Of a stretch of DNA of 64,000 nucleotides, positions 9,915-18,850 are shown in pieces; the stretch's first letter is position 1, and every line of letters begins with the position of its first letter. The stretch spans positions 1,760,001 through 1,824,000 of the forward strand of contig CBDANS010000007.1 of assembly GCA_965197745.1 (NCBI GenBank), given 5' to 3'. A model generated the notes under the pieces. The model saw nothing but the letters and a program-made list of their open reading frames with translations, searched no databases and was not told the origin of the DNA. The translations under genes were made by a program, and so were the position numbers. The DNA is from Opitutales bacterium. Its GTDB lineage: Bacteria > Verrucomicrobiota > Verrucomicrobiia > Opitutales > PNEW01.

Positions 9915-11380
9915 TTAATTTAATTGGCGTTGGAATAACCAACTAAATACAGATTTTGCCCCAGGAGTAAGACGACTTCGGTTATATTGGTCGCCTATTT
10001 TGCGTGCGATTTCAGCAAAAGTAGGGTAGGCGTGAATAGTAGCGGCGATTTTTTCAAACCTATTCCATATTTCATGGCCAGCACAAATTCGTGAAGAAGA
10101 TCCCCTGCGTGTTCAGCGACAATAGTTACGCCAAGGATGCGATCTTTATTTTTCTCAGTGAGAATTTTAATAAATCCATGATCGGCGCTTTCCAAAATAG
10201 CCCGGTCCAGATCGTCCATATTTAAAGTATAAAGGTCATACTCGAGATTCTCTTTTTTGGCATCAGTCTCGTTAAGACCGACACGTGCTACCTCAGGGCT
10301 GATATATGTCGCCCAGGGGACAATCCGATAGTCCATTTTAGCGTAAAGAGCTTTAAGCGGCATCATGATATTACGCACGATAGTGCGTGCCTGGAAATCC
10401 GCAACATGCGTGAACTGGTAAGAACCTGCAATATCACCCGCTGCCCAGATATGCGGCTGGTTTGTCTGCATATATTCATTTACAATTACTCCGTGTTTAT
10501 TGAATTCAACCCCGGCTGCTTCCAGATTAAGTGATTCAGTATTGGGGATACGGCCTGCGGATACGAGAACCGCATCAACTTCCAGGGTCTCTGCGCCATA
10601 TTGATCCTGACCATTTTTTGGTCTTTCAAATTCGAGGGATATTTTACCGTTTTTATGCGTGAATTGTTTGGTCTCAATCCACGTATAAATATCTACCCCT
10701 TCCGCCTCCATGATTTTACGCGCGTAGGCACTAACATCGGGATCCTCGCGAATGAGAATTTGTGGTGCGAGATCTAAAAGGGATACTTTGATACCAAGGC
10801 GATTCATGACTTGACCCAATTCACTGCCAATGGGGCCACCGCCAATGACAATCATGCTTTCGGGTTTTTCATGCAACTCGTCAAATATTGTTTCGTTAGT
10901 ATAATAAGGTATGGAATCAAGTCCTGGAATAGGGGGGATCCCCGCTCGACTCCCCGTGGCAATAACTATATTTCTACCCTTTAATACCTGACCGTTTACT
11001 TCTACTTCGTAGGGTGAAATGAATTTTGCGTCTCCACGAAAAACATCGACGCCGAGGCTTTCAAATCTTTCCTGTGAGTCATTAGGTTCGATCTTGGCGC
11101 GTCGGGCACGCATGCTTTCGAATATGCTGGTAAACTCAAATTGTGGTTCCTGTCTATTCAGACCCCACTTATCCGCTTCGCGAATGGTTTGAATAACACG
11201 GGCAGAAGAAATAAGCCCTTTACTCGGGACACAGCCATAGTTGAGGCAATCACCCCCCATTTTTTTTCTTTCTATAAGTGCGGCTCTACCTCCCAATCCG
11301 GCAATTGCCGAAGTTACTACAAGTCCTGCTGTTCCTGCCCCAATTGCGATAACGTTGTATATTCCTTTATCTTTTGCCAT
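9915..11380 (-). pseudogene. MerA/Lpd-like FAD-dependent pyridine nucleotide-disulfide oxidoreductase with a single-base frameshift near the C-terminus
   Basis: GAGTAG, redox-active GGDCLNYGCVPSK and GGGPIG motifs. One extra A in the run at 10049-10054 restores ...GLKKIAATIHAYPTFAEIARK...RQLN* ending at 9915. Could be a sequencing error. Confidence 0.85.
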
Positions 11381-11592
11381 AAGTAAGATTCTGATACGAT
11401 AATTTGCTTAATGCGAAATATTTAAATTTTCTGGGTGGATATGAGTATTTTGCCTTATTTCATTGCCGACCGGATTTTATAATCACAGGAGCAATATAAT
11501 ATACAATCTATTCCTCTATTTAGGGTTAAGAGTTGAAAAAGGGGCGTCTTAGCAGTAAATTTATAGATAATCCCGTATTATTGGAGTTTTGG

Positions 11593-11621
11593 GGAACAAA
11601 ATCCAACTGATGATACTCTTA
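11593..11621 (+). promoter_or_regulatory. Possible ECF (RpoE-type) autoregulatory promoter
   Basis: GGAACAA-N17-TCTTA just upstream of the sigma gene ATG (11640) resembles the GGAACTT-N16-TC(T/A)AA consensus. Confidence 0.3.
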
Positions 11622-12162
11622 TTTAAAATATTAAAAGATATGTCATCAAAAATTCAAAATGTGTCGATTGATAAGGTCTTAGTGGAACGGATCAAGGACG
11701 GAGATTCCACTGCATTCGACGAGATGGTCTCCCGCTATTGGGACCGTATTTACGCCCGCGTCCTGCAATTGTTGAGAAATCGCCAAGATGCCGAGGAAGT
11801 CACACAAGACGCTTTCGTTCGGGCTCATCGTGGCCTTGAGAATTTTCGTGGTGACTCCTCATTTTCTACCTGGTTATTCCAAATTGCCACTAATCTGGCA
11901 CATAATAAATACTGGTATTGGTGGCGCCGGAAACGTGACGCATCCATTTCATTTGATCAGAACTTTTCAGACGAAGGAGATGTGACACTGATTGATATCA
12001 TTCCGGCAGAAGGACAAGATCCGTATGATGAAACAGTGACGCGAGAGTTTGTTGAACGGGTAGGGGATTGTATGCCTTTGCTAAGCGAAAAACATAAGGA
12101 AATATTAACCCTGCGTATTGTGAATGATCTGACCTATGATGAAATTTCCGATAAATTAAAAA

Positions 12163-12190
12163 CGGAATTTCCTAGTTAAGACCTTAAGTA
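12163..12190 (+). repeat. Left terminal inverted repeat of IS element 1
   Basis: CGGAATTTCCTAGTT-AAGACCTTAAGTA aligns with the reverse complement of the right end, CGGAATTTCCTAGTTTAAGATCTTAATTA (first 15 nt identical, 1 gap, 2 mismatches). Confidence 0.93.
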
Positions 12191-12293
12191 ACTTCATAAA
12201 TAAATATTATAGATCTCATAAGTAATATTACTATATTACTTTAAGGCCCTGATTAAGTATTGAGTTTTTATACTTTGTGTGTATATTAAACTC

Positions 12294-13173
12294 ATGAATA
12301 TAACACAAATATTTAAAAGTTTTCCAACTCAAGAATCCTGCATAGAACATCTTGAAAACGCACGCTGGAAAGGAACACCAACCTGCCCGTATTGTAATTC
12401 TACCAATACTGCTCCACACGAGCATCGACACCGTTGCTACACTTGCAAGACTTCATTTAGTGTAACGGTTCGCACTATTTTCCACCATACACACATACCA
12501 CTTCAAAAGTGGTTCTTAGCAATTTCATTGGTGTTAAATGCAAGAAAAGGTATTTCGGCTTTACAGCTTTCACGTGATTTAGAAGTAAACAAGAATACTG
12601 CTTGGCGTATAGCAATGCAGATTCGTAAAGCTATGACACAATTCCAACAACGTGAATTATTGACTGGTATTGTGGAAATGGATGAAACTTACATTGGCGG
12701 GAAACCAAGGAAAGGAACAAAAGGGGACGGTTCCGATGGCAAGCATAAAACAGGTGGTGGAACAAAGAAACCACCTGTAATAGGTGCAGTAGAACGTGGA
12801 GGTAAGGTAACTGCCAAAGCTACTGATAAGACTGAGATGAAGGGGGCTCACATGCGTGCTTTCGTCCGTGAACGTGTAGATACAAAAAAAACAAGGTTAA
12901 TGACTGATGAATATAAAAGCTATATTGGCATGTCTAAATTATTGCCCCATTCCGTAATTGAACATAAAGAATGGTATGTAAATGGGGATATTCATACCAA
13001 CACCATAGAGGGCTTCTGGGCGCTTTTAAAACGAGGTATGTTCGGTCATTCACAGTGTATCCCGTAAACACTTACAACGCTATGTAGACGAATTTTGCTA
13101 TCGTTTTAACCTACGCAACGATGACGCATCTAATGCTTTTGAACTCACCATTAATAGAGGGCTAGGAATATGA
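12294..13173 (+). pseudogene. IS1595-family transposase, frameshifted near 13048
   Basis: Zn ribbon CPYC...CYTC and catalytic EMDETYIGG / MTDEY / HTNTIEGFWALLKR. The conserved tail HSVSRKHLQRYVDEFCYRFN continues in another frame to TGA at 13171-13173. Confidence 0.92.
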
Positions 13174-14069
13174 AAAATAAGAAACCATTAAAAGTTGTCG
13201 CTGGAACACCAGACAAACCATTAATAATAGGAGACACTCATATTTCCTGTTATGTGCTTGAAAATGAAACCCGTGTCTTAACCCAAACGGGATTTCTAAC
13301 CGCTATTGGCAGATCTCCTTCTCCTATGGCAGGTAGGGGTGCTATGTCCGGAATCGATAACCTACCCACTTTTTTGGTGTCTAAGAACCTTAAACCATTT
13401 ATAACAAAAGAGTTAACAGCTTCGATAACTTCGATACAGTTTAGAATGAAAAAAGGAGGATATGCAATAGGGTATGATGCTAAGTTATTACCCCAAGTTT
13501 GTGAAGTTTACCTTAAAGCACGTGATGCAGGTGCGCTATTACCATCACAACTACATATTGCAGCACAAGCTGAAATTCTCATGCGTGGTCTCGCAACGGT
13601 CGGCATTATCGCCCTTGTAGATGAAGCAACTGGATATCAGAAACTAAGGGAGAAACATGCCCTTGCTACAATCTTAGAGAGATTTATAGCTGATGAACTT
13701 CAATCTTGGACTAAAACGTTTCCCTATGAATTTTACAGACAAATCTTCCGCCTTAGAAATTGGTCAGATCCTGATGGTGTCAAAAAACCGTCAGTGATTG
13801 GACACTATACAAACGATTTTGTATACGATCGCTTAGCTCCGGGGATACTAGACGAACTCAAGAAAATCAATCCTAAAACCCCAAGAGGATATAGGAAGGC
13901 AAAACATCACCAATGGTTTACACCTGACATTGGCCACCCAAGACTCAAGGAACACTTAGCCGCAGTGATTGCGCTTATGAGGGCTGCTGCAAATTGGGAT
14001 GATTTCCACAGAAGTTTAAATCGTGCCTTCCCAAAGATAAATGAAACAATGGAGCTACCTTTCGACTAA
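13170..14069 (+). CDS. P63C-domain protein (IS passenger)
   Basis: CYVLENETRVL, VGIIALVDEATGYQ, WTKTFPYEFY, YDRLAPG and KHHQW motifs match my recollection of P63C proteins. ATGA overlap with the transposase stop. Confidence 0.85.
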   Translation: MKNKKPLKVVAGTPDKPLIIGDTHISCYVLENETRVLTQTGFLTAIGRSPSPMAGRGAMSGIDNLPTFLVSKNLKPFITKELTASITSIQFRMKKGGYAIGYDAKLLPQVCEVYLKARDAGALLPSQLHIAAQAEILMRGLATVGIIALVDEATGYQKLREKHALATILERFIADELQSWTKTFPYEFYRQIFRLRNWSDPDGVKKPSVIGHYTNDFVYDRLAPGILDELKKINPKTPRGYRKAKHHQWFTPDIGHPRLKEHLAAVIALMRAAANWDDFHRSLNRAFPKINETMELPFD

Positions 14070-14093
14070 TAATAACCTAACTGAGGATAAATT

Positions 14094-14252
14094 ATGTTTA
14101 AATTATGGATTGTTTACGCATTAGCTGGATGGATATTTGGTAATGGGCTTTGTAAAATTCGCACAAGCAACACTCTCCCTAAGTATATTATGTGTATATT
14201 AGAAATAATCGGCCCTACAATTGCATTGATCCTTTATAATTATCTAGATTAA
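14094..14252 (+). CDS. Small hydrophobic protein, 52 aa (IS passenger)
   Basis: GAGGA SD before the ATG. Sequence MFKLWIVYALAGWIFGNGLCKIRTSNTLPKYIMCILEIIGPTIALILYNYLD has two hydrophobic segments. Too short for the ORF track. Confidence 0.55.
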   Translation: MFKLWIVYALAGWIFGNGLCKIRTSNTLPKYIMCILEIIGPTIALILYNYLD

Positions 14253-14259
14253 TGCTTTG

Positions 14260-14352
14260 CTATGAATTATCGTAATTTTCCCATTTCATAAGCATATATT
14301 TCAAGATCGCTGCGCCTATAAATATTAATGCTGGTATAATAATCTCTTCCAT
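14260..14352 (-). CDS. Small single-helix membrane peptide, 30 aa (IS passenger)
   Basis: Start context AAAGGAAACAAATG; sequence MEEIIIPALIFIGAAILKYMLMKWENYDNS*. Confidence 0.45.
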   Translation of the reverse strand: MEEIIIPALIFIGAAILKYMLMKWENYDNS

Positions 14353-14376
14353 TTGTTTCCTTTATTTGATTTATTT

Positions 14377-14405
14377 TAATTAAGATCTTAAACTAGGAAA
14401 TTCCG
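14377..14405 (-). repeat. Right terminal inverted repeat of IS element 1
   Basis: TAATTAAGATCTTAAACTAGGAAATTCCG followed by the duplicated AATTAAAAA. Confidence 0.93.
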
Positions 14406-14490
14406 AATTAAAAATCAGCGGCGGCACCGTGAAAAGTAGAATTGCCAGAGCGCGCAACAGCCTTCGAGGCAAACTGGGAACCGATATTAT

Positions 14491-15276
14491 ATGATGCTTT
14501 CCAGATTCCAGGAACTGATAAACTTATACCTCGATAAGGAGATATCAGAAGATCAACTTAATCTTCTAAAAAAGGAAATAGAGAAAAGTGATAAGAAGAA
14601 AAAATTATTTTCTTTTTACTGTCGCTTACATCACGCATCGAAGCTCGCTCTTGTAAGGATGCAAGCTGGAGCGGCCAGGTCTGAACACACCGAAAGCAAT
14701 AGATCTGCATATCTTGATCACGCCAAGACTATTGAAGTCGACTTTAATAACGGTAAAATTTTAAGTGGTGAAGGTCTGAGAGAAAAGAATCTCCCGAAGT
14801 AAAAAGCAAATGCGTATCTATATATTGGGTCAATAGCTGCTTCTTTCTCTATAACATTTCTCCTATTAGGCGTTGTATTAATAAACAGCACGGCTGAACC
14901 ACAGCTTAGTGATAGCCCTGTTAGCGATACGGTTATCATGGAAGTAAACAACACAGTCAGTTCTGAGAGGGAGATTCCCATGGTTCTCGCCTCAAATACT
15001 GATAACATCAGTGACGATTTATTAAAAAAAGTGTCAGATGTTGCGGATATAATTTGGGAATATGATGGTATTGAGAGCTCATTTCACAACAAGGATAGTT
15101 CATTCACTCAATTTCACAGCCGTATTGATTCGAATACGATTTTCCAACCCGAAGAAGCAATTAAAGTTTCCCCTGTATTTGATAATGGAAATATCAGACC
15201 CGTTTTATTAAGCCCCTCGGGTTCAAGGAGAAGCAACTTTAAAGCCGAATTAACGAATTTACGTTTCCAGCGTTAA
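14491..15276 (+). pseudogene. Putative anti-sigma factor with an internal TAA at 14800-14802
   Basis: ATGA-coupled to the sigma stop; N-terminus FQELINLYLDKEIS. The frame continues past the TAA through a TM helix (YLYIGSIAASFSITFLLLGVVLI) into the in-frame 14938-15276 ORF. Confidence 0.8.
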
Positions 15277-15292
15277 TAGGGAATGGGGTTAT

Positions 15293-15901
15293 TCAGTTAA
15301 GGGCAGATCGAATTAGCTCCTCCGTGCTCGCTTCTGAACCCAGTTTACTAAGCGCCCCACGAACCAGCTTGTCGGCAACGGGTGCTTTATAACCCAAGGC
15401 AACGAGAGCGAGGACGGCATCCTGTATGTGGTTGTCAGCAACCGAAGACGGTTCTCCGCTGTGACGCGCCTGCCGCTCCTCACGAGTCGATGAGGACACG
15501 AACACTGTATCCTTAAGTTCAAGGACAAGCCTTTCAGCCGTTTTTTTACCTATCCCCGGACATTTGGCAAGCAAGCTGGTGTCGGAAGCAGCGATAGCGC
15601 TTTTCAGAACAGTAACTGAAAGTTTGCTCATTATGCTGATGGCGATTTTCGGTCCAATTCCTGAGACTTTAAAAGTGAGAAGCTTAAAAAAATCTCTATC
15701 TTCAGCGTTATGAAATCCGTAAATTGCTTGAGAATCTTCACGATAAACAGTAACCGTGTATAACTTTACGCGTTCACCCAGAGTGGGAAGCTTTTCCATG
15801 GTCGTGACGGGGATGTTTACTTCATATCCCAGGCCATTTATCTCTATGACGGCAAGAAGAGGCGCGGCTTCAGTCAATATACCATCGATAGTCGCAATCA
15901 T
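15293..15901 (-). CDS. ruvA: Holliday junction branch migration protein RuvA
   Basis: NGLGYEV, VSGIGPKIA, PGIGKKTAERLVLELK and C-terminal AVLALVALGY motifs. Confidence 0.96.
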   Translation of the reverse strand: MIATIDGILTEAAPLLAVIEINGLGYEVNIPVTTMEKLPTLGERVKLYTVTVYREDSQAIYGFHNAEDRDFFKLLTFKVSGIGPKIAISIMSKLSVTVLKSAIAASDTSLLAKCPGIGKKTAERLVLELKDTVFVSSSTREERQARHSGEPSSVADNHIQDAVLALVALGYKAPVADKLVRGALSKLGSEASTEELIRSALN

Positions 15902-15938
15902 TACTGCTCTTAGTGAAAAGATTAATGATCAGAACGAA

Positions 15939-16673
15939 TCAATCTTTCAATCCTAATACATCCTGCATACTGTAACAGCCTGGAGCTTTATCCCGCACCC
16001 AATGGGCTGCATTTAAAGCTCCTTGAGCAAAAATCAGTCGATCACCAGCTTTATGTGCCAATTCAATCCGCTCACCGGGGCCGGCAAAAATAACTGTATG
16101 TTCTCCTACCTCATCACCACCACGCAACGCATGCACTCCAATCTCATCATCAGGACGCTCACCCGTTATTCCATGTCTGCCATAGCGAACACAATCCGGA
16201 GCCAGATTTCGGCTTTTTAAAATGGCTTCAACCAGTCCTTCAGCAGTTCCACTGGGGGCATCTTTTTTATGCTGGTGGTGCATCTCTACCACTTCAGGAT
16301 GATAGTGACTGTCAAGTATCTTTGCGGCTTTTGATGTAAGGTAAAAGAGCAAGTTCACTCCAATAGAGTAATTCCCCGCCCATACCATGGGAACACTGGA
16401 TGATAATTGGATTATTTCACTTCGTTCTGCATCAGTATGCCCGGTAGTTCCAATGACAATGGGTTTCCCATGATCCCTGGCCAGTTTGACAATACCGGCA
16501 GTCACTACATGAAAACTAAAATCGACAATAACATCACAATGATCGATTGCCGATGACGGGTCGTCGCCGATATCAATGGAAGATTCGATATGGGCATCAA
16601 ATTGAGGTGAAGCAGCAGTGATGGTTTGACCCATCCGGCCCTTAGCACCATTGAGTAAGATTTTTAATGGCAT
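15939..16673 (-). CDS. dapB: 4-hydroxy-tetrahydrodipicolinate reductase
   Basis: GAKGRMG, IGTTG and EMHHQHKKDAPSGTA motifs. Confidence 0.96.
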   Translation of the reverse strand: MPLKILLNGAKGRMGQTITAASPQFDAHIESSIDIGDDPSSAIDHCDVIVDFSFHVVTAGIVKLARDHGKPIVIGTTGHTDAERSEIIQLSSSVPMVWAGNYSIGVNLLFYLTSKAAKILDSHYHPEVVEMHHQHKKDAPSGTAEGLVEAILKSRNLAPDCVRYGRHGITGERPDDEIGVHALRGGDEVGEHTVIFAGPGERIELAHKAGDRLIFAQGALNAAHWVRDKAPGCYSMQDVLGLKD

Positions 16674-16691
16674 GAAAGGTTTTGCTGGAGA

Positions 16692-17588
16692 TCACGATGT
16701 TTTTAAACCAAGTTGATCCAAGGTAAGATCCAGTATTTTCTGATTAGGATCTGTCATTGCATAGAGTGGCAGGCGAACTTCTGCCGACCTGATAATTCCT
16801 GCTTGTGAACAGGCTGATTTGATGGGAACCGGACTTGTTTCGATAAAGAGGTTTTTAAATAAAGAATAGTATTTTTTGTGTAAGCTGGTTGCCTTGGCAA
16901 AATCGTTGTCGAGCGCAGCGTGAACCATTTCAACCAGATCACCTGGAATAAGATTGGAAGCCACACTGATGACCCCATTGGCGCCAACAGAGATGAAAGG
17001 TAAAGTGAGACTGTCATCCCCACTTATTACCGATAAATCGTCACCCATCGCGCCAACCAACTGGCTTACACGGTCACAAGAACCACCTGCTTCCTTGATG
17101 GTATTGACGTGGGGATATTTAGATAGCAATCTTTCAACGGTATCGACGGCAATTTCAATACCGCAGCGCGAGGGAATGGAGTAGAGAATAATAGGTTTGT
17201 CTGTAGTCTCAGCGATGACACTAAAATGTTGAAACAAACCTTCCTGGCTGGGTTTGTTATAGTAGGGGGCTACCTGGAGGAACCCATCAGCGCCCGCTTT
17301 ATCTGCTTTTTGCGTATAATGTAAAGCTTCATCCGTTGAGTTTGCACCTGTCCCCGCAATCACGGGGACACGACCGGCAGCTATTTCCACGCTGTAACGT
17401 ATCACTTCTATATGCTCATCCGGGCTGAGGGTTGGCGATTCACCGGTGGTGCCAACCGGAACAATTCCATCAATGCCCCCTTTAATCTGGCACTCGATAA
17501 GCTTCCCCAAATCTTCATAGGATACATTTCCCTCATAAAAGGGAGTAATTATTGCGGTATAAACACCAGAAATATGTGTTGAGTTCAT
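16692..17588 (-). CDS. dapA: 4-hydroxy-tetrahydrodipicolinate synthase
   Basis: GTTGESPTL, PYYNKP, LYSIPSR, IKEA and SGDD motifs. Likely start MNSTHISG at 17588. Confidence 0.96.
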   Translation of the reverse strand: MNSTHISGVYTAIITPFYEGNVSYEDLGKLIECQIKGGIDGIVPVGTTGESPTLSPDEHIEVIRYSVEIAAGRVPVIAGTGANSTDEALHYTQKADKAGADGFLQVAPYYNKPSQEGLFQHFSVIAETTDKPIILYSIPSRCGIEIAVDTVERLLSKYPHVNTIKEAGGSCDRVSQLVGAMGDDLSVISGDDSLTLPFISVGANGVISVASNLIPGDLVEMVHAALDNDFAKATSLHKKYYSLFKNLFIETSPVPIKSACSQAGIIRSAEVRLPLYAMTDPNQKILDLTLDQLGLKTS

Positions 17589-17722
17589 AATGATTTTGGT
17601 GTAAACATATTGTTGTGGTTCAATCGAATGATAAGAAAGGAGAGGAATATTACTAAAGTCTTTTAAATTTCTTTCATTACAATATGTAAATCTAATTATC
17701 AAATCATATCAATTAAATATCC

Positions 17723-18829
17723 ATGACAGAAGCCATCGATACTTTTAACAGTCTGCTATCTCTCGCAGTTGAAAACGGCGCCAGCGACATTCATATTAAA
17801 ACTGACAAAGCCGCTATGCTCCGACTCAACGGTAGCCTCCAATCAATAGATATGGATCCCCTTACCGGAGAAATGGTAAACGATTTTATTGAGACCACAT
17901 GTCCTGAACAGTTTATCGAAAACTGGCATGATGATAACCAGGTTGATTACTCCTATAGTTTGGACAGCCTGGGCCGATTCCGCGTTAATGGGTTTTATCA
18001 GCGAGGAACCATCAGTATGGTCTTTCGCCATGTAAATGACCGTCCTCCTACATTTGAAGATCTCAATCATGACTCGGAGACACTGATTACCCTGTGTAAT
18101 AACAAGGATGGTATTTGTCTCGTATGTGGTGCAACCGGGTCGGGTAAGAGTTCAACCCTGGCTGCCATGTTGAACTGGATTAACCATAATATGGATAAAC
18201 ATGTGGTGACTTTAGAAGATCCGATTGAATTCACCTATACCGATGTGAAAAGCGTATTTAATCAGCGTGAAGTAGGTATCGATTCCCCAACTTTCGGACT
18301 CGGAATGAAAGCCGTCCTGCGTCAGGATCCCGATATTATACTCATTGGTGAGATGCGCGATAAGGAAACATTTACTACCGCATTATCAGCAGCAGAGACC
18401 GGGCACCTTGTATTTGGAACCCTTCACTCCTCGAATGCCCAACAGGCTGTGCAGCGTTTATTTGAGTTTTTCCCTGCAGATCAGCAGGAAAATATGAGAA
18501 GACAAATTGCAGGGGCCCTGAAAGCTACAGTATCACAGCGGTTGGTGCCAAATTTGGATGGAACAGGGCGTGTGCCAGCACTCGAAATATTTGTTGTCGA
18601 TTCCTTGGGACGAAGAGTCATTGAGGATGGAGAATATGAAAAAATTAATTCAGTCATCGATGCAGGAAGCAAAGATTCGGGATCGAAATCTTTCAACGCT
18701 GATCTCTATCGCTTGATCAAGGGGGGTATGGTCACCAAAGAAGATGGTTTGGCTTACTCACCCAACGCCAAGGCATTAGAAATGAATCTCAAGGGGATAT
18801 TCCTGAGTACTGGCGGTATTGTGGGTTAG
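17723..18829 (+). CDS. PilT/PilU-family type IV pilus retraction ATPase
   Basis: [35 protein letters not shown] and AAETGHLVFGTLH motifs. Confidence 0.93.
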   Translation: MTEAIDTFNSLLSLAVENGASDIHIKTDKAAMLRLNGSLQSIDMDPLTGEMVNDFIETTCPEQFIENWHDDNQVDYSYSLDSLGRFRVNGFYQRGTISMVFRHVNDRPPTFEDLNHDSETLITLCNNKDGICLVCGATGSGKSSTLAAMLNWINHNMDKHVVTLEDPIEFTYTDVKSVFNQREVGIDSPTFGLGMKAVLRQDPDIILIGEMRDKETFTTALSAAETGHLVFGTLHSSNAQQAVQRLFEFFPADQQENMRRQIAGALKATVSQRLVPNLDGTGRVPALEIFVVDSLGRRVIEDGEYEKINSVIDAGSKDSGSKSFNADLYRLIKGGMVTKEDGLAYSPNAKALEMNLKGIFLSTGGIVG

Positions 18830-18850
18830 TAAATACAACCAGGCTTTTAA

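Larger units (their letters stand above)
12163..14405 (+). mobile_element. IS1595-family element (2243 bp) with passenger genes
   Basis: Terminal IRs beginning CGGAATTTCCTAGTT at both ends, a 9-bp direct repeat AATTAAAAA at 12154-12162 and 14406-14414, an IS1595-type transposase, and an interrupted host gene. Confidence 0.95.
11640..14494 (+). pseudogene. ECF RNA polymerase sigma factor interrupted by an IS1595-family element
   Basis: Region 2 (DAEEVTQDAF...FSTWLFQIATN) lies in 11640-12162. Removing 12163-14414 gives YDEISDKLKISGGTVKSRIARARNSLRGKLGTDII*, a canonical region 4.2, ending at 14494. Confidence 0.95.

Noticed and set aside
9995..11380. Calling the flavoprotein mercuric reductase (merA)
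   Set aside because: No C-terminal Cys-Cys pair, no NmerA domain and no mer genes nearby.
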